In this document: one piece after another, positions 1 to 9,753 of the stretch
How the letters are laid out: each line of letters opens with the position of its first letter
How positions within the stretch are numbered: the first letter of the stretch is position 1
Assembly (NCBI GenBank): GCA_051251855.1
Contig: JBPOGI010000001.1
Location: 32,001 to 96,000, forward strand
Length of the DNA: 64,000 nucleotides
Reading direction: 5' to 3'
Source of the DNA: Roseibacillus sp.
Lineage (GTDB): Bacteria > Verrucomicrobiota > Verrucomicrobiia > Verrucomicrobiales > Akkermansiaceae
Position numbers and translations under genes: made by a program
Notes under the pieces: generated by a model
What the model was told of the DNA's origin: nothing
The model's database searches: none
The model's input: only the letters and a program-made list of their open reading frames with translations

Positions 1-524
1 GGACCTGCCCGGCATTCAAAGACTAAACTGCTATTTTGAAAAGAGATCTCGACAACTTCAGCCTCGACGCTGACCCAATCGCAATCGCGATCGGGTTGGG
101 AGAGTTCTCCTCCGTCCACGAGACGAGGAGAGGGAAGAGCCCCTTTTCCTAGGATGGTAATTTGGGGATTTGAGCGACCTTTCCCACTGATAACGGGAGA
201 AAAGATTCCGTCGGAGGTTGCTCCGTAGACTTCGATTCGGTCACCCGGTTCGGGCCAGACAGAAGAGGCCCTCTGAGGTTGCTCGATGAAGATTCCTGCT
301 TCACCATCGTGGATAAAAAGGGTGGCGATCTGCTCGTCTGCGAAAGTGACGATCCCGCTAACTTGAACGAGGAATTCTTGAACAACTTCTGTCGCGGTGA
401 GATTTCGAATCTCGGTAATGGTGGTCAACGTTCTCTCTTCGGCACCGGTGGGCTGGGCTGCCACGATTGCGAGGGCAAGCAGCGAGATTCCTACCTTTGA
501 AGTTGCTCGAATCTTCAGCGCCAT
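1..524 (-). CDS. N-terminal part of an exported or membrane sensor protein, probably a histidine kinase with periplasmic OB-fold-like repeats; runs off the left edge
   Basis: Not in the ORF track. I translated the minus strand from ATG at 524: MALKIRATSKVGISLLALAIVAAQPTGAEERTLTTITEIRNL...VSGIVTF...FIHDGEAGIFI...PGDRIEVYGATSDGIFSPVI...DCDWVSVEAEV, open to position 1. It has a signal peptide and resembles the N-termini of verrucomicrobial sensor kinases; the kinase domain itself is not visible. Confidence 0.6.
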   Translation of the reverse strand, partial: MALKIRATSKVGISLLALAIVAAQPTGAEERTLTTITEIRNLTATEVVQEFLVQVSGIVTFADEQIATLFIHDGEAGIFIEQPQRASSVWPEPGDRIEVYGATSDGIFSPVISGKGRSNPQITILGKGALPSPRLVDGGELSQPDRDCDWVSVEAEVVEISFQNSSLVFECRAG

Positions 525-579
525 AGCAAATGATAGCGCTCTGGCGTTTTCAAATCCAGCCTGACTATTTGCAACGATT

Positions 580-2496
580 TCATTCGTAAGTGAGACCGAA
601 GCCGAGCGGGAAAAGGGAAGCGCTCGTGCTGCTGTTGTCGTGTCCTAGCGGAACCTGCTCCATGGACTGGGGCCAAGAGAAAGACAGCTTCCCGGTGGGG
701 CTGTGAGTTCCGAAGAGGATATCCGCGACACCGGTTCCTTCGGTTCCTGGAAGCCATGCCGCGATGATGGCATCCGCTTTTCCGAGGGATTTGCCCAAGA
801 TGAGAGGACGTCCCGAGAGAATCAAGAGGACCACGGGAACACCGGCGGACTCGGCTTCAGATAATACTGAGAGGTCTTCTTTCGCGAGAGACAGGTTCGC
901 CTGATCGCCTTCCATCTCGGCATAGGGAGTCTCTCCGACGACCACCACAACGACATCCGCTTCCTCGGCTCCAGAACCGTCGGGACTGTGGGTCACCTTC
1001 GTGTCCGCGCCCGCAGCTGATTGGATTGCGCAAAAGATGGTCGTGCCACCGGGGGTGAGGGCTCCGCGTTTGCCCTGCCAGTCGATGGTCCAGCCCCCGC
1101 ATTGCATCCCAAGGTCATCAGCTCCTCGGCCAGTGACGTGTATGTGGGAGGCTTGGCTTGATAAGGGGAGCGCTCCGCCTTCGTTCTTGAGGAGGACTAG
1201 CGAGCGGCGCACGGCTTCGCGGGCCACTTCTCGGTGTGCCGTGGAGCCGAAGTCAGCAGCGAGGTTAGGATCTGCCATCAGAGCGGCATTCGAGTCCATC
1301 ATACCCATGACTAATTTCACGCGCAGTATCCGAGTGACCGCGTCATCGATTCGTGAGAGAGGCACTTTGCCTTCCTCGACGAGTTCTTGCAGGAGACGGA
1401 TGTATTCGCGGTAGTTGCTCGTCACCATGACCATGTCCACACCGGCGTTGATGGCGAGCTCAATGCATTTTTTATAATCCGGGGTCGAGATTTGGCCGGA
1501 GGCGTTGTTGCTGACGAGGAGAACGCCTTCCTCGGTTGGGGGAACGAGTTGGTCGATGGCGTTGTAGTCGGAAATCACAAAGCCTTCAAAGCCGAGTTCG
1601 TCTTTGAGGATATCTGTGAGAAGACGTTTGCTGCCGGTGCATTTCTCACCATTCCAGCTGCTATAGGAGGGCATGACGGTGCCGACTCCTGCATCGATTG
1701 CCAGGGGGTAGCCCGCCATATGGATGGTTCGCATTTCGTCTTCAGTAATGCGTGCGTCGCCTTGATCAAGGAGGCCTTTGCCAGCGGCGGTCTTGAAGGC
1801 GGTGCCGCCATCTCCTACAAAGTGCTTGGCGCAAGCGAGGACGTTTTCCCGCCCGGTGATTCGTTGGCCTTGTAACCCTCTTAGAAGAGCTTCGCCCAAA
1901 GTGGCAACGATAGTGGGGTCTTCGGAATACCCTTCGTAGGTTCGGCCCCAACGAATATCGCGTGGCACAGCGACGCAGGGGGCAAAGGCCCATTGAATCC
2001 CGGTGGCTCGCGTTTCTCGCGCAGTGACTTGACCAATTTTTTCGATGAGCGCGGGATCGCCAGTGCAACCTAAGCCAATATTGTGAGGAAAGATGACTGC
2101 GCCGAGGACGTTGCTATTTCCATGCACTGCATCAATTCCGAACAGGAGAGGAACCTGAAGACGGGTGCTCAGGGCTTTTTGTTGGGCTCCTTCGTAGAGG
2201 TCGGTCCAGTTTTGGAGGCTGTTTCCTGAGTCTGGGTCGGAGCCTCCTCCGCAGAGGATGGAGCCGAGAAATAGGTTATGAATGTCTTCGGGATCCTTGA
2301 TAGCTTGCCAGTCGGGCTGGGTCATTTGGCCGACTTTTTCTGCAAGAGTCATCTTTGCGACGAGGGCACGGGCTTCCGCATCGCGAGCGGTGAGCCATTC
2401 CGGCGAGGCGGCTGGCGATGCACTCGGCAAAACGACAAATAGGAAGGTCGTTTTCCAAAGGAGTGCTGCGGAATACGTAAAAAGATCTCGTTTCAT
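580..2496 (-). CDS. GH3 beta-glucosidase / exo-beta-glucanase, exported
   Basis: GH3 motifs [34 protein letters not shown] (nucleophile), [18 protein letters not shown]. Start chosen at MKRDLF (2496), which precedes a signal peptide; the ORF track starts at 2601. Confidence 0.92.
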   Translation of the reverse strand: MKRDLFTYSAALLWKTTFLFVVLPSASPAASPEWLTARDAEARALVAKMTLAEKVGQMTQPDWQAIKDPEDIHNLFLGSILCGGGSDPDSGNSLQNWTDLYEGAQQKALSTRLQVPLLFGIDAVHGNSNVLGAVIFPHNIGLGCTGDPALIEKIGQVTARETRATGIQWAFAPCVAVPRDIRWGRTYEGYSEDPTIVATLGEALLRGLQGQRITGRENVLACAKHFVGDGGTAFKTAAGKGLLDQGDARITEDEMRTIHMAGYPLAIDAGVGTVMPSYSSWNGEKCTGSKRLLTDILKDELGFEGFVISDYNAIDQLVPPTEEGVLLVSNNASGQISTPDYKKCIELAINAGVDMVMVTSNYREYIRLLQELVEEGKVPLSRIDDAVTRILRVKLVMGMMDSNAALMADPNLAADFGSTAHREVAREAVRRSLVLLKNEGGALPLSSQASHIHVTGRGADDLGMQCGGWTIDWQGKRGALTPGGTTIFCAIQSAAGADTKVTHSPDGSGAEEADVVVVVVGETPYAEMEGDQANLSLAKEDLSVLSEAESAGVPVVLLILSGRPLILGKSLGKADAIIAAWLPGTEGTGVADILFGTHSPTGKLSFSWPQSMEQVPLGHDNSSTSASLFPLGFGLTYE

Positions 2497-2733
2497 GTAT
2501 GGTTTGAAAAAGTCTGTCCGCAGACGTAAGCCGCGCCAGAGGGGAATCATCTTCATCGTTTTTGGTTGTTTCCTGCTATCCCCCGTCTGAGTGATTCTCA
2601 AATGCCTATGTTGAGAGATTTGCGCCTCATCTGATGTCTTGAAGCGAGAGAGTAGGGCTCAGCGGGGTCACGAAGTTCGTCAAAGAAAGTAATAGGCTTT
2701 GCGGGAACGGCCGAAGTTCGTTTCACTGGGGGG

Positions 2734-3540
2734 GTGAGGATTTTGGGATTGATGGCAGGAAAGGGGATTTATCCTCAGACTTTCGTAGCAGGTGCTCGCA
2801 AGCAGGCGGAACCGGTGCGTTTGGCAACGATTGGTTTCACGGGAGAGACGGACCCAGCGTTCGAGGCTGAGGTGGATGTGATGGAGTGGGTCAAAGTGGG
2901 GCAGCTGGGGAAGATCATTAAGTTCTTCAAAAAGGAGGGAGTGACCGAAATCGTGATGGTGGGGCAGATTACCCCCAAGAATCTCTTCGAGTTTCGGCCC
3001 GATTTGCGGATTACGATGGCGATGGCAAAGCTGAAGACCCGCAATGCCGAAACGCTGTTTGGGGCGTTGTCGGATGAGTTTTCGAAGGATGGCATCACTG
3101 TTTTGCCGGCGACGACCTTTTTGGACCATCTTTTGCCGCCGGAAGGGCCGGTGTTGGGACGGGCACTAGGGGAGGATGAGTTGGAGGCGGCGCGTTATGG
3201 GTTCGGGATCGCGAAAGAGACCAGTCGCATGGATATCGGGCAAAGTGTGGTGGTGCGCGAGGGGACGGTGCTGGCGGTGGAGGCTTTTGAGGGGACGAAT
3301 GAGTGTGTGCGGCGCGGGGGGGCTTTGGGTAAGGGGAAGAAGGTGATTTTGGCGAAGGTGTCGAAGCCGAATCAGGATATGCGCTTTGATGTTCCGGTGA
3401 TTGGGCCGGATACGATTCGGGTTTGTGCGGAGGCGGGGGTGAGTGGGATTGCGATTGAGGCGAAGAAGACGCTCATTCTGGGGTGGGAAGAGGCGGAGGT
3501 GTTGGCGAAGAAGTTGAAGGTGGGAGTTGTGGCTTTGTAG
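2734..3540 (+). CDS. lpxI: UDP-2,3-diacylglucosamine diphosphatase LpxI
   Basis: LGLMAGKG N-terminus, DIGQSVVV, AVEAFEGT, KPNQDMRFDVPVIG motifs. Confidence 0.9.
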   Translation: MRILGLMAGKGIYPQTFVAGARKQAEPVRLATIGFTGETDPAFEAEVDVMEWVKVGQLGKIIKFFKKEGVTEIVMVGQITPKNLFEFRPDLRITMAMAKLKTRNAETLFGALSDEFSKDGITVLPATTFLDHLLPPEGPVLGRALGEDELEAARYGFGIAKETSRMDIGQSVVVREGTVLAVEAFEGTNECVRRGGALGKGKKVILAKVSKPNQDMRFDVPVIGPDTIRVCAEAGVSGIAIEAKKTLILGWEEAEVLAKKLKVGVVAL

Positions 3541-3569
3541 GGGAGGGAGAATCGGGGTTGGATTTTTTC

Positions 3570-3607
3570 AACGCAGAGTCGCAGAGGACGCGGAGTGAAC
3601 ACAGAGG
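3570..3607 (+). repeat. short ~9-bp-period degenerate repeat (AACGCAGAG-TCGCAGAG-GACGCGGAG...CACAGAG)
   Basis: Seen directly; related periodic arrays at 3729-3756 and 15322-15349. Confidence 0.5.
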
Positions 3608-3777
3608 ACGGTTCGGTCCGGATTTTGAGTCTTTTAGAGAGGGGTCGAACCGGTGTGATCAGATTGTTAGCGGTGGGATGATCTATTGGGGTATGAGTGA
3701 TGGTGTTATAGACGTGCTATTAGATTTTGACCGCGAAACTTGCGAAAATGGCGAAACTCAAGCTCTGTGCCTTTTTC

Positions 3778-3806
3778 GTCGCTGAGTTGGTGACAACTCG
3801 GGCTAC
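3778..3806. repeat. REP-like palindrome, GTAG family, single copy
   Basis: GTCGCTGAGTTGGTGACAACTCGGGCTAC has the same GTGA-loop hairpin as the copies at 13921-14000. Confidence 0.6.
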
Positions 3807-3914
3807 TAGCTAGAGAGGACGTCTGCTCAGCCCCCTTTGTTACCAAAGCAGCTACGAAAAAAGGGGTCGGTTGCCGGGTCTTGTGGTTTTGAAGAGAGGC
3901 GTTAATCTCTCGAC

Positions 3915-4640
3915 ATGGACCACTACGACCGGCGTCATTTTATTAAGACTTCGATCCCGGGTTTTTTGGGGTTGGGGATGGCGTTGCCACAGTTGACGGC
4001 TTTTGCGACGCGGGCGAATGCGTGTCAGGGGCGGTTGCCGGCGAGTGGGGCGATTAATTGGGATGCCTTTTTGGAGGGGGTTGCCAAGGAAGCGGCGAAG
4101 CAGCATCTGGATGATTGGAATGAGATGGCTTATGTGGAAGAGGCGGGGAAGTTGGCCAAGCGGCTGAATTTAAAAGACCCTGTTTTGGCGGAGGCTTTTA
4201 AAGAGGCGCAGAAGGGAATTGGAAATGGACGGATTGATTTTGACCGACTGGAAAAACAGCGGGATTTTCAGGTGACGATGCTGCAGTTCGAAAAGGAGGA
4301 GTCGATTGACCATCACAATCACCCGGAAATGACGGGGGTGATTCTCTGTGCGTCGGGTGAGATTGAGGTGTGGAATTATGATTTGATGGGGCAGAAGGCG
4401 GAGAAGGAGAGTGTGCTCCTGGAAGAGACGGGGCACGAGATGCTCAAGAAGGGGAAGGTTTCGACGCTGACGTCAAAGGCGCGCAATATTCATAACTTGC
4501 GAGCGAAGGAGTTGACGCAGCTGGTGGATATCTTTGCGCCTCCTTACGATAAGGAGAGGATTGAGAAGAGCACTTGGTTTGATGTCGATCCGGAGCCGTT
4601 TGAGGGCGAGGGAAAGATTCACCTCGCGACGATGCGGTAG
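3915..4640 (+). CDS. Tat-exported cupin, PCO/ADO-like (thiol dioxygenase-like)
   Basis: DRRHFIK twin-arginine signal; HHNHPEMT, NIH and VDIFAPPY match plant cysteine oxidase/ADO motifs (HNHPGMT, NMH, LDVLGPPY). Confidence 0.7.
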   Translation: MDHYDRRHFIKTSIPGFLGLGMALPQLTAFATRANACQGRLPASGAINWDAFLEGVAKEAAKQHLDDWNEMAYVEEAGKLAKRLNLKDPVLAEAFKEAQKGIGNGRIDFDRLEKQRDFQVTMLQFEKEESIDHHNHPEMTGVILCASGEIEVWNYDLMGQKAEKESVLLEETGHEMLKKGKVSTLTSKARNIHNLRAKELTQLVDIFAPPYDKERIEKSTWFDVDPEPFEGEGKIHLATMR

Positions 4641-4670
4641 CGTGGCTTTGTCTGGCAGGCTGATGGACAT

Positions 4671-4702
4671 AAAAAAGCCCCTTGCGGAGAGCGAAGAGGC
4701 TT
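4671..4702 (-). terminator. Rho-independent terminator after cynS
   Basis: Minus strand AAGCCTCTT-CGCTCTCCGC-AAGGGGCTT followed by a T tract. Confidence 0.65.
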
Positions 4703-4732
4703 GTGTGAATTGTGAGAGATGTTCGGTGGCGG

Positions 4733-5176
4733 TTACCACTTTTTATAGGGAAGGAACTTGCCGTTCATGGTGACGACCACGCGGTCTCCTTTGGGATTTT
4801 CTTCCTTGTCGACATCCATGGTGAAGTCGATGGCGCTCATGATGCCGTCGCCGAACTTTTCGTGGATGACTTCTTTGAGAGCACCGCCATAGACGTAGGC
4901 GATTTCGTAGAGGCGATAGATGAGAGGATCCTTGGAGACGAGGTCGATGTCGGTGGCCTTCATGGGATATTCGCTGAGGGCGGTTTTGACTTCTGGTCCC
5001 AGTCCGAGGAAGTCGGTGAGCTTGCCCGCATCTTCGGGGACGAGGCTGTTCTGGCCCAAGACGACAGAGGTGGTGAAGACGTCAGAGAGTCCGACCGCAG
5101 CTGCGATTTCTCCCCAACTCACTCCCTTGGCTTTCTTGGCAGTGATGATTTCTTCGGTCATTTCTAATTTGGTCAT
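4733..5176 (-). CDS. cynS: cyanase (cyanate hydratase)
   Basis: DPLIYRLYE, IHEKFGDGIMSAIDF and C-terminal GKFLPYKKW signatures; 147 aa. Confidence 0.97.
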   Translation of the reverse strand: MTKLEMTEEIITAKKAKGVSWGEIAAAVGLSDVFTTSVVLGQNSLVPEDAGKLTDFLGLGPEVKTALSEYPMKATDIDLVSKDPLIYRLYEIAYVYGGALKEVIHEKFGDGIMSAIDFTMDVDKEENPKGDRVVVTMNGKFLPYKKW

Positions 5177-5208
5177 GTCTTTTGTTGGTTAAGTTTGAGT
5201 TGTGTTTA

Positions 5209-6048
5209 TTAGGTGGTTTCGGTGAGAACTTTTTTCGGTTTTTGGGCATCCATAGGAGCCTTCTTACCGCTGACGAGGAACTTGAGAATGTGAGCGCGAA
5301 TCTGGCTGTATTCGGGGTCTTCGATGAGCTCGGCGCGGATGCGGGGACGGGGGATGGAGATGTCGACGATTTCGGCGAGTTCGGCTTCGGGGCCATTGCT
5401 CATCATCGCGATGCGGTTGGAGAGAAGGATGGCTTCATCGACATCGTGGGTGACCATGAAGACGGTGCTGTTGGTCGCCTCCCACATCCGGAGCAATTCT
5501 TCCTGAATGGAGCCTCGGGTGAGGGCATCGATTTGAGCGAAGGGTTCGTCTAGGAGGAGGATTTTGGGTTCAGCGGCGAAGGCTCGCGCGAGACCAACCC
5601 GTTGGCGCATTCCGCCGGAGAGCATGGAGGGGCGACGATTGGCGGCGGACTCCAGATTCATCATTTGGAGATACTTCATGGTCCATTCCTTGACCTCGCT
5701 CTTGTTCCATTGCTTGTGGCTCTGTTTGACAGCCATAGCGACGTTCTGGAAAGCGGTGGCCCAGGGCATGAGGGCGAAGTTCTGGAAGACCACCATGCGA
5801 TCAAGCCCGGGCTTGGTGGTTTGCTTGCCATCGAGAATAATGCCGCCCTTGGTGGCATCGTCGAAGCCGGCCATGATGTTGAGGAGGGTGCTTTTTCCGC
5901 AACCCGAGTGGCCAATCATGGAGACGAATTCTCCCTTCTCGATTTGAAAGTTAACGTCTTTGAAGACGACGAATTCGTCTCCTTTTTTGGCTCCGGGTTC
6001 GAGGGAGGGGTATATCTTGGTGACGTGATCGACTGAGAGGTAGGACAT
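5209..6048 (-). CDS. cyanate/nitrate ABC transporter ATP-binding protein (CynD/NrtD-like)
   Basis: GHSGCGKS Walker A, LSGGMRQR signature, LLLDEPF, VTHDVDEA. Confidence 0.92.
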   Translation of the reverse strand: MSYLSVDHVTKIYPSLEPGAKKGDEFVVFKDVNFQIEKGEFVSMIGHSGCGKSTLLNIMAGFDDATKGGIILDGKQTTKPGLDRMVVFQNFALMPWATAFQNVAMAVKQSHKQWNKSEVKEWTMKYLQMMNLESAANRRPSMLSGGMRQRVGLARAFAAEPKILLLDEPFAQIDALTRGSIQEELLRMWEATNSTVFMVTHDVDEAILLSNRIAMMSNGPEAELAEIVDISIPRPRIRAELIEDPEYSQIRAHILKFLVSGKKAPMDAQKPKKVLTETT

Positions 6049-6075
6049 GGTAAAAGGTAGGGTGTGAGCTTGGGA

Positions 6076-6975
6076 TTAGGCTTCCGAGTAAGTGAATCTT
6101 TGCGCGAGTTTTGAGAGGCCGAAGTCGAGGAGGAAGCCGACGAACCCTACGACGACGATGGCGAAAATGACGCCTGCGATATCGAGGTTATTCCACTCGA
6201 TCCAGCTGAGGTAGCCAACGCCGAGCTCACCTAGAAGCATTTCGGCGGGGACAACAGCCACAAGGGCGCTGCCAAAGGAAATTCGGAGGCCAGCGAAGAT
6301 GGCTGGTGCGGAAGCGGGCAGGATGACGCTCCAAAAGCGTTGAAACCAACCCATCTCGACCATCTCCGAAACTCGAAGGTAGTCTTTCTTAATATTGGAG
6401 ACCCCGAAAGCGGTGTTGGCCATGGTGGGCCAAAGGGAGGCCATGAAAACCACGAGAACCGAGGTCGTGAAGGGATCCTTCACGGTGTAAAGCAGGAGAG
6501 GCATCCAAGCGAGCGGCGACACGGGCTTGAGAAGCTGAATGAAAGGATTCAAGGCCGTAAAGAGGACCTTGGACATTCCAATCAGCATTCCCAAGAGGAT
6601 CGCGAGCACCGACGCTAGAAGGAAACCTGTCAGAAAACGCTTGAGAGTGTAAGCGACTAGTAGCCCGATGCCGTGGTCGTTAGTTCCGACCTTGGTGAAG
6701 GGATCCTTCATCTCGGTGACTCCCTTTTCCCAGACTTTGCCCGGACCGGGGATGGTCTGGGTTTTGTCGGGATTGTTGATGTAGCTGCCAGCGTCATCAC
6801 GAATGATGTCACCGTTCATCTCCGCCATCATGAGGTCCTCCTCCGACATCCCAGTAGGGTCGAAGGGGGGGACACGAGTGAGGGAAGACCACACCAACAG
6901 GAAGACGAGGAGAATGGCGACCGAAATCAGATACGGCGCGAACTTCTCTCCCGAGAATTGAATCTTGCGAGGCAT
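6076..6975 (-). CDS. cyanate/nitrate ABC transporter permease (CynB/NrtB-like)
   Basis: LLKPVSPLAWMP, WPTMANTAFGV, VVPAEML; multiple TM segments. Confidence 0.92.
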   Translation of the reverse strand: MPRKIQFSGEKFAPYLISVAILLVFLLVWSSLTRVPPFDPTGMSEEDLMMAEMNGDIIRDDAGSYINNPDKTQTIPGPGKVWEKGVTEMKDPFTKVGTNDHGIGLLVAYTLKRFLTGFLLASVLAILLGMLIGMSKVLFTALNPFIQLLKPVSPLAWMPLLLYTVKDPFTTSVLVVFMASLWPTMANTAFGVSNIKKDYLRVSEMVEMGWFQRFWSVILPASAPAIFAGLRISFGSALVAVVPAEMLLGELGVGYLSWIEWNNLDIAGVIFAIVVVGFVGFLLDFGLSKLAQRFTYSEA

Positions 6976-7007
6976 AATAGCTTACAGAGTTTCTTAAGCT
7001 TTGAGGA

Positions 7008-8495
7008 TTAGGCGCGAGTGATGTCGAAGCTCTTGGCGTAGCCGAGAGGATCGTCTGGAGTGAACTCCTTGCCCATCACGCTGAAGCTGTCGTATGATGC
7101 CTTCTTGGGCTTGTGGCCGAGTTCGGTGATCATGTCTTCGCATTCGCCTTCGAGGTAAACCTGCTTGGCGATGGCATTGAAGTCGACGTCTCCCTTGATT
7201 TGGCCCCAACGAACCATCTGCGAGAGAATCCACTTAGCCATGGAGTTCCAAGGCATGGGGTCGAAATCGATGCGTTCTGGATCTTTCTTGATGCCGCCCA
7301 AACCATCGAGATAGGTCCCGGTGAGAACCTGCTCCAAGACGGTGACCGGCTGATTGAGGTAGTTTTTGGGAGCAATGGCTTTCGCAATTTCTTTGCGGTT
7401 CTCGGCCTTGGATGAGTAGTAAGTGGCGTCGACGATAGACTTAAAGAGGGCCTTGTAGGTATTGGGGTTGGCGGTAGCAAACTCTTGCGAAATCGCAAAG
7501 GCACAACAGGGGTGTCCGTCCCAAATCTCTTTGGTAAGCTTGAAGAGAAAGCCGCACTTTTCGTAGACTGCCCGCTGGTTGAAGGGGTCGGGGGCGAGGT
7601 AGCCGTCCACGTTGCCAGCCTTCAAGTTGGCGACCATTTCTGGTGGAGGAACGACGCGGATTTCGACATCCTTGTCGGGATCCACTCCACCTTCGGCGAG
7701 GTAGTAGCGCAACAGGTAGTTGTGCATGGAGTATTCGAAAGGCACGCAGAAGCGGAAGCCTTTCATATCCTGAGGACCTTTCACTCCTTTGTGCTTGTTC
7801 GCCAAGGTGATGGCTTGACCATTGATGTTCTCAATGGCGGGCATGAGATAGGGCACTTTGGCGGAGCCTGCTCCGAGAGAAATGGAGAGAGGCATTGGGC
7901 TCAGCATGTGAGCGGCATCCACTTCCTTGTTGATACCCCAATCGCGGACCATAGCCCATCCGGAGGCGCGGCGCACTTTGGCGTTGAGACCGTGCTTGGC
8001 GTAGAAGCCCATGGGCTCCGACATGATGATGGGAGTGGCGCAGGTGATGGGGATGAAACCGATAGAAAGGTCTTTCTTCTCGATTCCTTTCACGTCTTCG
8101 GCGGCCCACGCTTTGAAGCTGGCCATGGGGAAGGCTCCCGAGACGATCGCGGCAGCGGCGCCTTTACCAACACGTTCGATGAAGGCACGGCGAGCGATGT
8201 CGTTGGGGAAGATGGAGCGGATGACGGCTTCTTCGATCACGTTGTCGACCATGGACTCGTGGCTGTCTGCGACGGGGGCGGTGTTGACTTCAGTTTCGGC
8301 ACTGCAGTTGCAGGGGCCGGTATGATTGCAAGGCTTGGCGCTGTTGGCTGCCATTGCTTGGAACTCGGAGGAGGTGTGAGCCACAAAATCTTTCGCCGCA
8401 TCATCGAGAGGGGCTGCTGAATTGTGGGAATGCCCGGCACCGAGCTTGGTGTTGGGATCGTAAGGATCCTTCATGGTTGGAGGTGGTGTTTTCAT
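7008..8495 (-). CDS. CmpA/NrtA-family substrate-binding protein (CynA-like) with long N-terminal extension and internal Tat motif
   Basis: IGFIPITCATP, VPFEYSMHNYLLRYYLA, PPPEMVANL, GHPCCAF; ARRAFIER near residue 100; upstream of permease, ATPase and cynS. Confidence 0.9.
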   Translation of the reverse strand: MKTPPPTMKDPYDPNTKLGAGHSHNSAAPLDDAAKDFVAHTSSEFQAMAANSAKPCNHTGPCNCSAETEVNTAPVADSHESMVDNVIEEAVIRSIFPNDIARRAFIERVGKGAAAAIVSGAFPMASFKAWAAEDVKGIEKKDLSIGFIPITCATPIIMSEPMGFYAKHGLNAKVRRASGWAMVRDWGINKEVDAAHMLSPMPLSISLGAGSAKVPYLMPAIENINGQAITLANKHKGVKGPQDMKGFRFCVPFEYSMHNYLLRYYLAEGGVDPDKDVEIRVVPPPEMVANLKAGNVDGYLAPDPFNQRAVYEKCGFLFKLTKEIWDGHPCCAFAISQEFATANPNTYKALFKSIVDATYYSSKAENRKEIAKAIAPKNYLNQPVTVLEQVLTGTYLDGLGGIKKDPERIDFDPMPWNSMAKWILSQMVRWGQIKGDVDFNAIAKQVYLEGECEDMITELGHKPKKASYDSFSVMGKEFTPDDPLGYAKSFDITRA

Positions 8496-8519
8496 GATGT
8501 TAGTTGGAACGATTGGTGG

Positions 8520-9599
8520 TTAGTTTTGTAGGAGTGAGTGGTGGTGGGTGGTACGCAGGAGCTCGTCGAAAATGTCTTCTCGGAAGCAGCCGAGGATCTC
8601 TTCCTTAGAGGGGCGCAGTTGTTGCGCTTGGAGCTTGTGCAGAAACATTTCGTCCAGAACCCACTTTGCTTTTTGGAGGGAGGGGCGGTTGGCATCGAGG
8701 CGATGGAAGACGATGGCTTCCTCGGAGGATGTTTGCCGATTCATTCCCATTTGGAAGGGGCCTACGAGAGCGTTGCGAAGAGCTTCGACAGGGACATCGA
8801 CGTATTCAGGGCGAGCGAGGACGGTGGCGAGCCCTTCCCGGTTAGGCGCGTCGTCGCAATAGAGAGCAGAGTCAGTGAGCGCTTGTAGAAGGGCGAGGTG
8901 ACGTTCGGGAGATTCTTCGTGAAAAGCCTCGGTGACCATAAAGACTTTCTCGGGATGCATGGGAGAGAAATCGGAGGTGAGGGTGGCGCACCAGCCGACA
9001 TCTTTTAAGAGACCGACCGAGCTCCAAGGCTCTGCCACGCAGTAGCCGTCGAGGTAGCCATTCTTGAGGCAATCATGAACCTGAGGAGGAGCGACGATCG
9101 CAATGGAGACATCTTTACCCGGCTTAATCCCGTGGGAGAGGAGCCAGTGTCGGAGGAGGTAATTTTGAGAGGAATAGCGGAGCACCCCAGCGAAGGTGAA
9201 GCGTCGGTTGGGGTTATCTTGAATGACCTTGGCGAGGCTTTTGCCATCGCGGACTCCCATCTCCCATAACTCATTGGAAAGGGTGATGGCATTGCCATTG
9301 TGCGCGGTCATAAAAGCCGTGATGCAAGGGGTGACGGGGCCCCCGTAGCCGAAGGAAAGCTCCATCACCATGCTGGCGGGCGCTTGCGCGGCATCTAGCT
9401 CGCCATGGCTGATTTTTTCGCGAATAGTGGCCCAGCCGGGCTCGCGACAGAGCTGGACGGAGAGACCGTATTTCTCGAAAAGCCCTAACTCTTGGGCCAT
9501 TACGAGGGGTGCGCAGTCCGTCATGGGGACATACCCGATGCGCAATGGTCTCTCGTGAGACTTGGAGCCTTTGCTGCGGGACTGTGTCACAGAAATCAC
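8520..9599 (-). CDS. cytoplasmic CmpA/NrtA-fold protein, NasS-like anion sensor
   Basis: LRIGYVPMTDCAPL, WATIREK, GNAITLS, GYCVAEPW, HPEKV; no signal peptide. Confidence 0.75.
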   Translation of the reverse strand: MISVTQSRSKGSKSHERPLRIGYVPMTDCAPLVMAQELGLFEKYGLSVQLCREPGWATIREKISHGELDAAQAPASMVMELSFGYGGPVTPCITAFMTAHNGNAITLSNELWEMGVRDGKSLAKVIQDNPNRRFTFAGVLRYSSQNYLLRHWLLSHGIKPGKDVSIAIVAPPQVHDCLKNGYLDGYCVAEPWSSVGLLKDVGWCATLTSDFSPMHPEKVFMVTEAFHEESPERHLALLQALTDSALYCDDAPNREGLATVLARPEYVDVPVEALRNALVGPFQMGMNRQTSSEEAIVFHRLDANRPSLQKAKWVLDEMFLHKLQAQQLRPSKEEILGCFREDIFDELLRTTHHHSLLQN

Positions 9600-9675
9600 T
9601 ACCTCTCATCAGCACCACCGGTGCCATTGCCTATTTTGTGAGAACAAACAGAAGGAAATAAATTCATTCTGTACA

Positions 9676-9690
9676 GTGAATTTTATTCAC
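9676..9690. promoter_or_regulatory. putative LysR binding site (T-N11-A dyad)
   Basis: GTGAA-TTTTA-TTCAC inverted repeat in the divergent cyn/LysR intergenic region. Confidence 0.55.
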
Positions 9691-9753
9691 CATGAATCCC
9701 TTTAAAACAAAGGATGTTCAATATAGCTTCTAGGTTGTCCCATCCCATCCACT

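Noticed and set aside
7485..8420. Long antisense or alternate-frame ORFs (e.g. 7485-8420, 19103-19612, 24293-25084, 30090-30911, 32798-33715)
   Set aside because: They are shadows of well-supported genes in GC-rich coding DNA and carry no motifs of their own.
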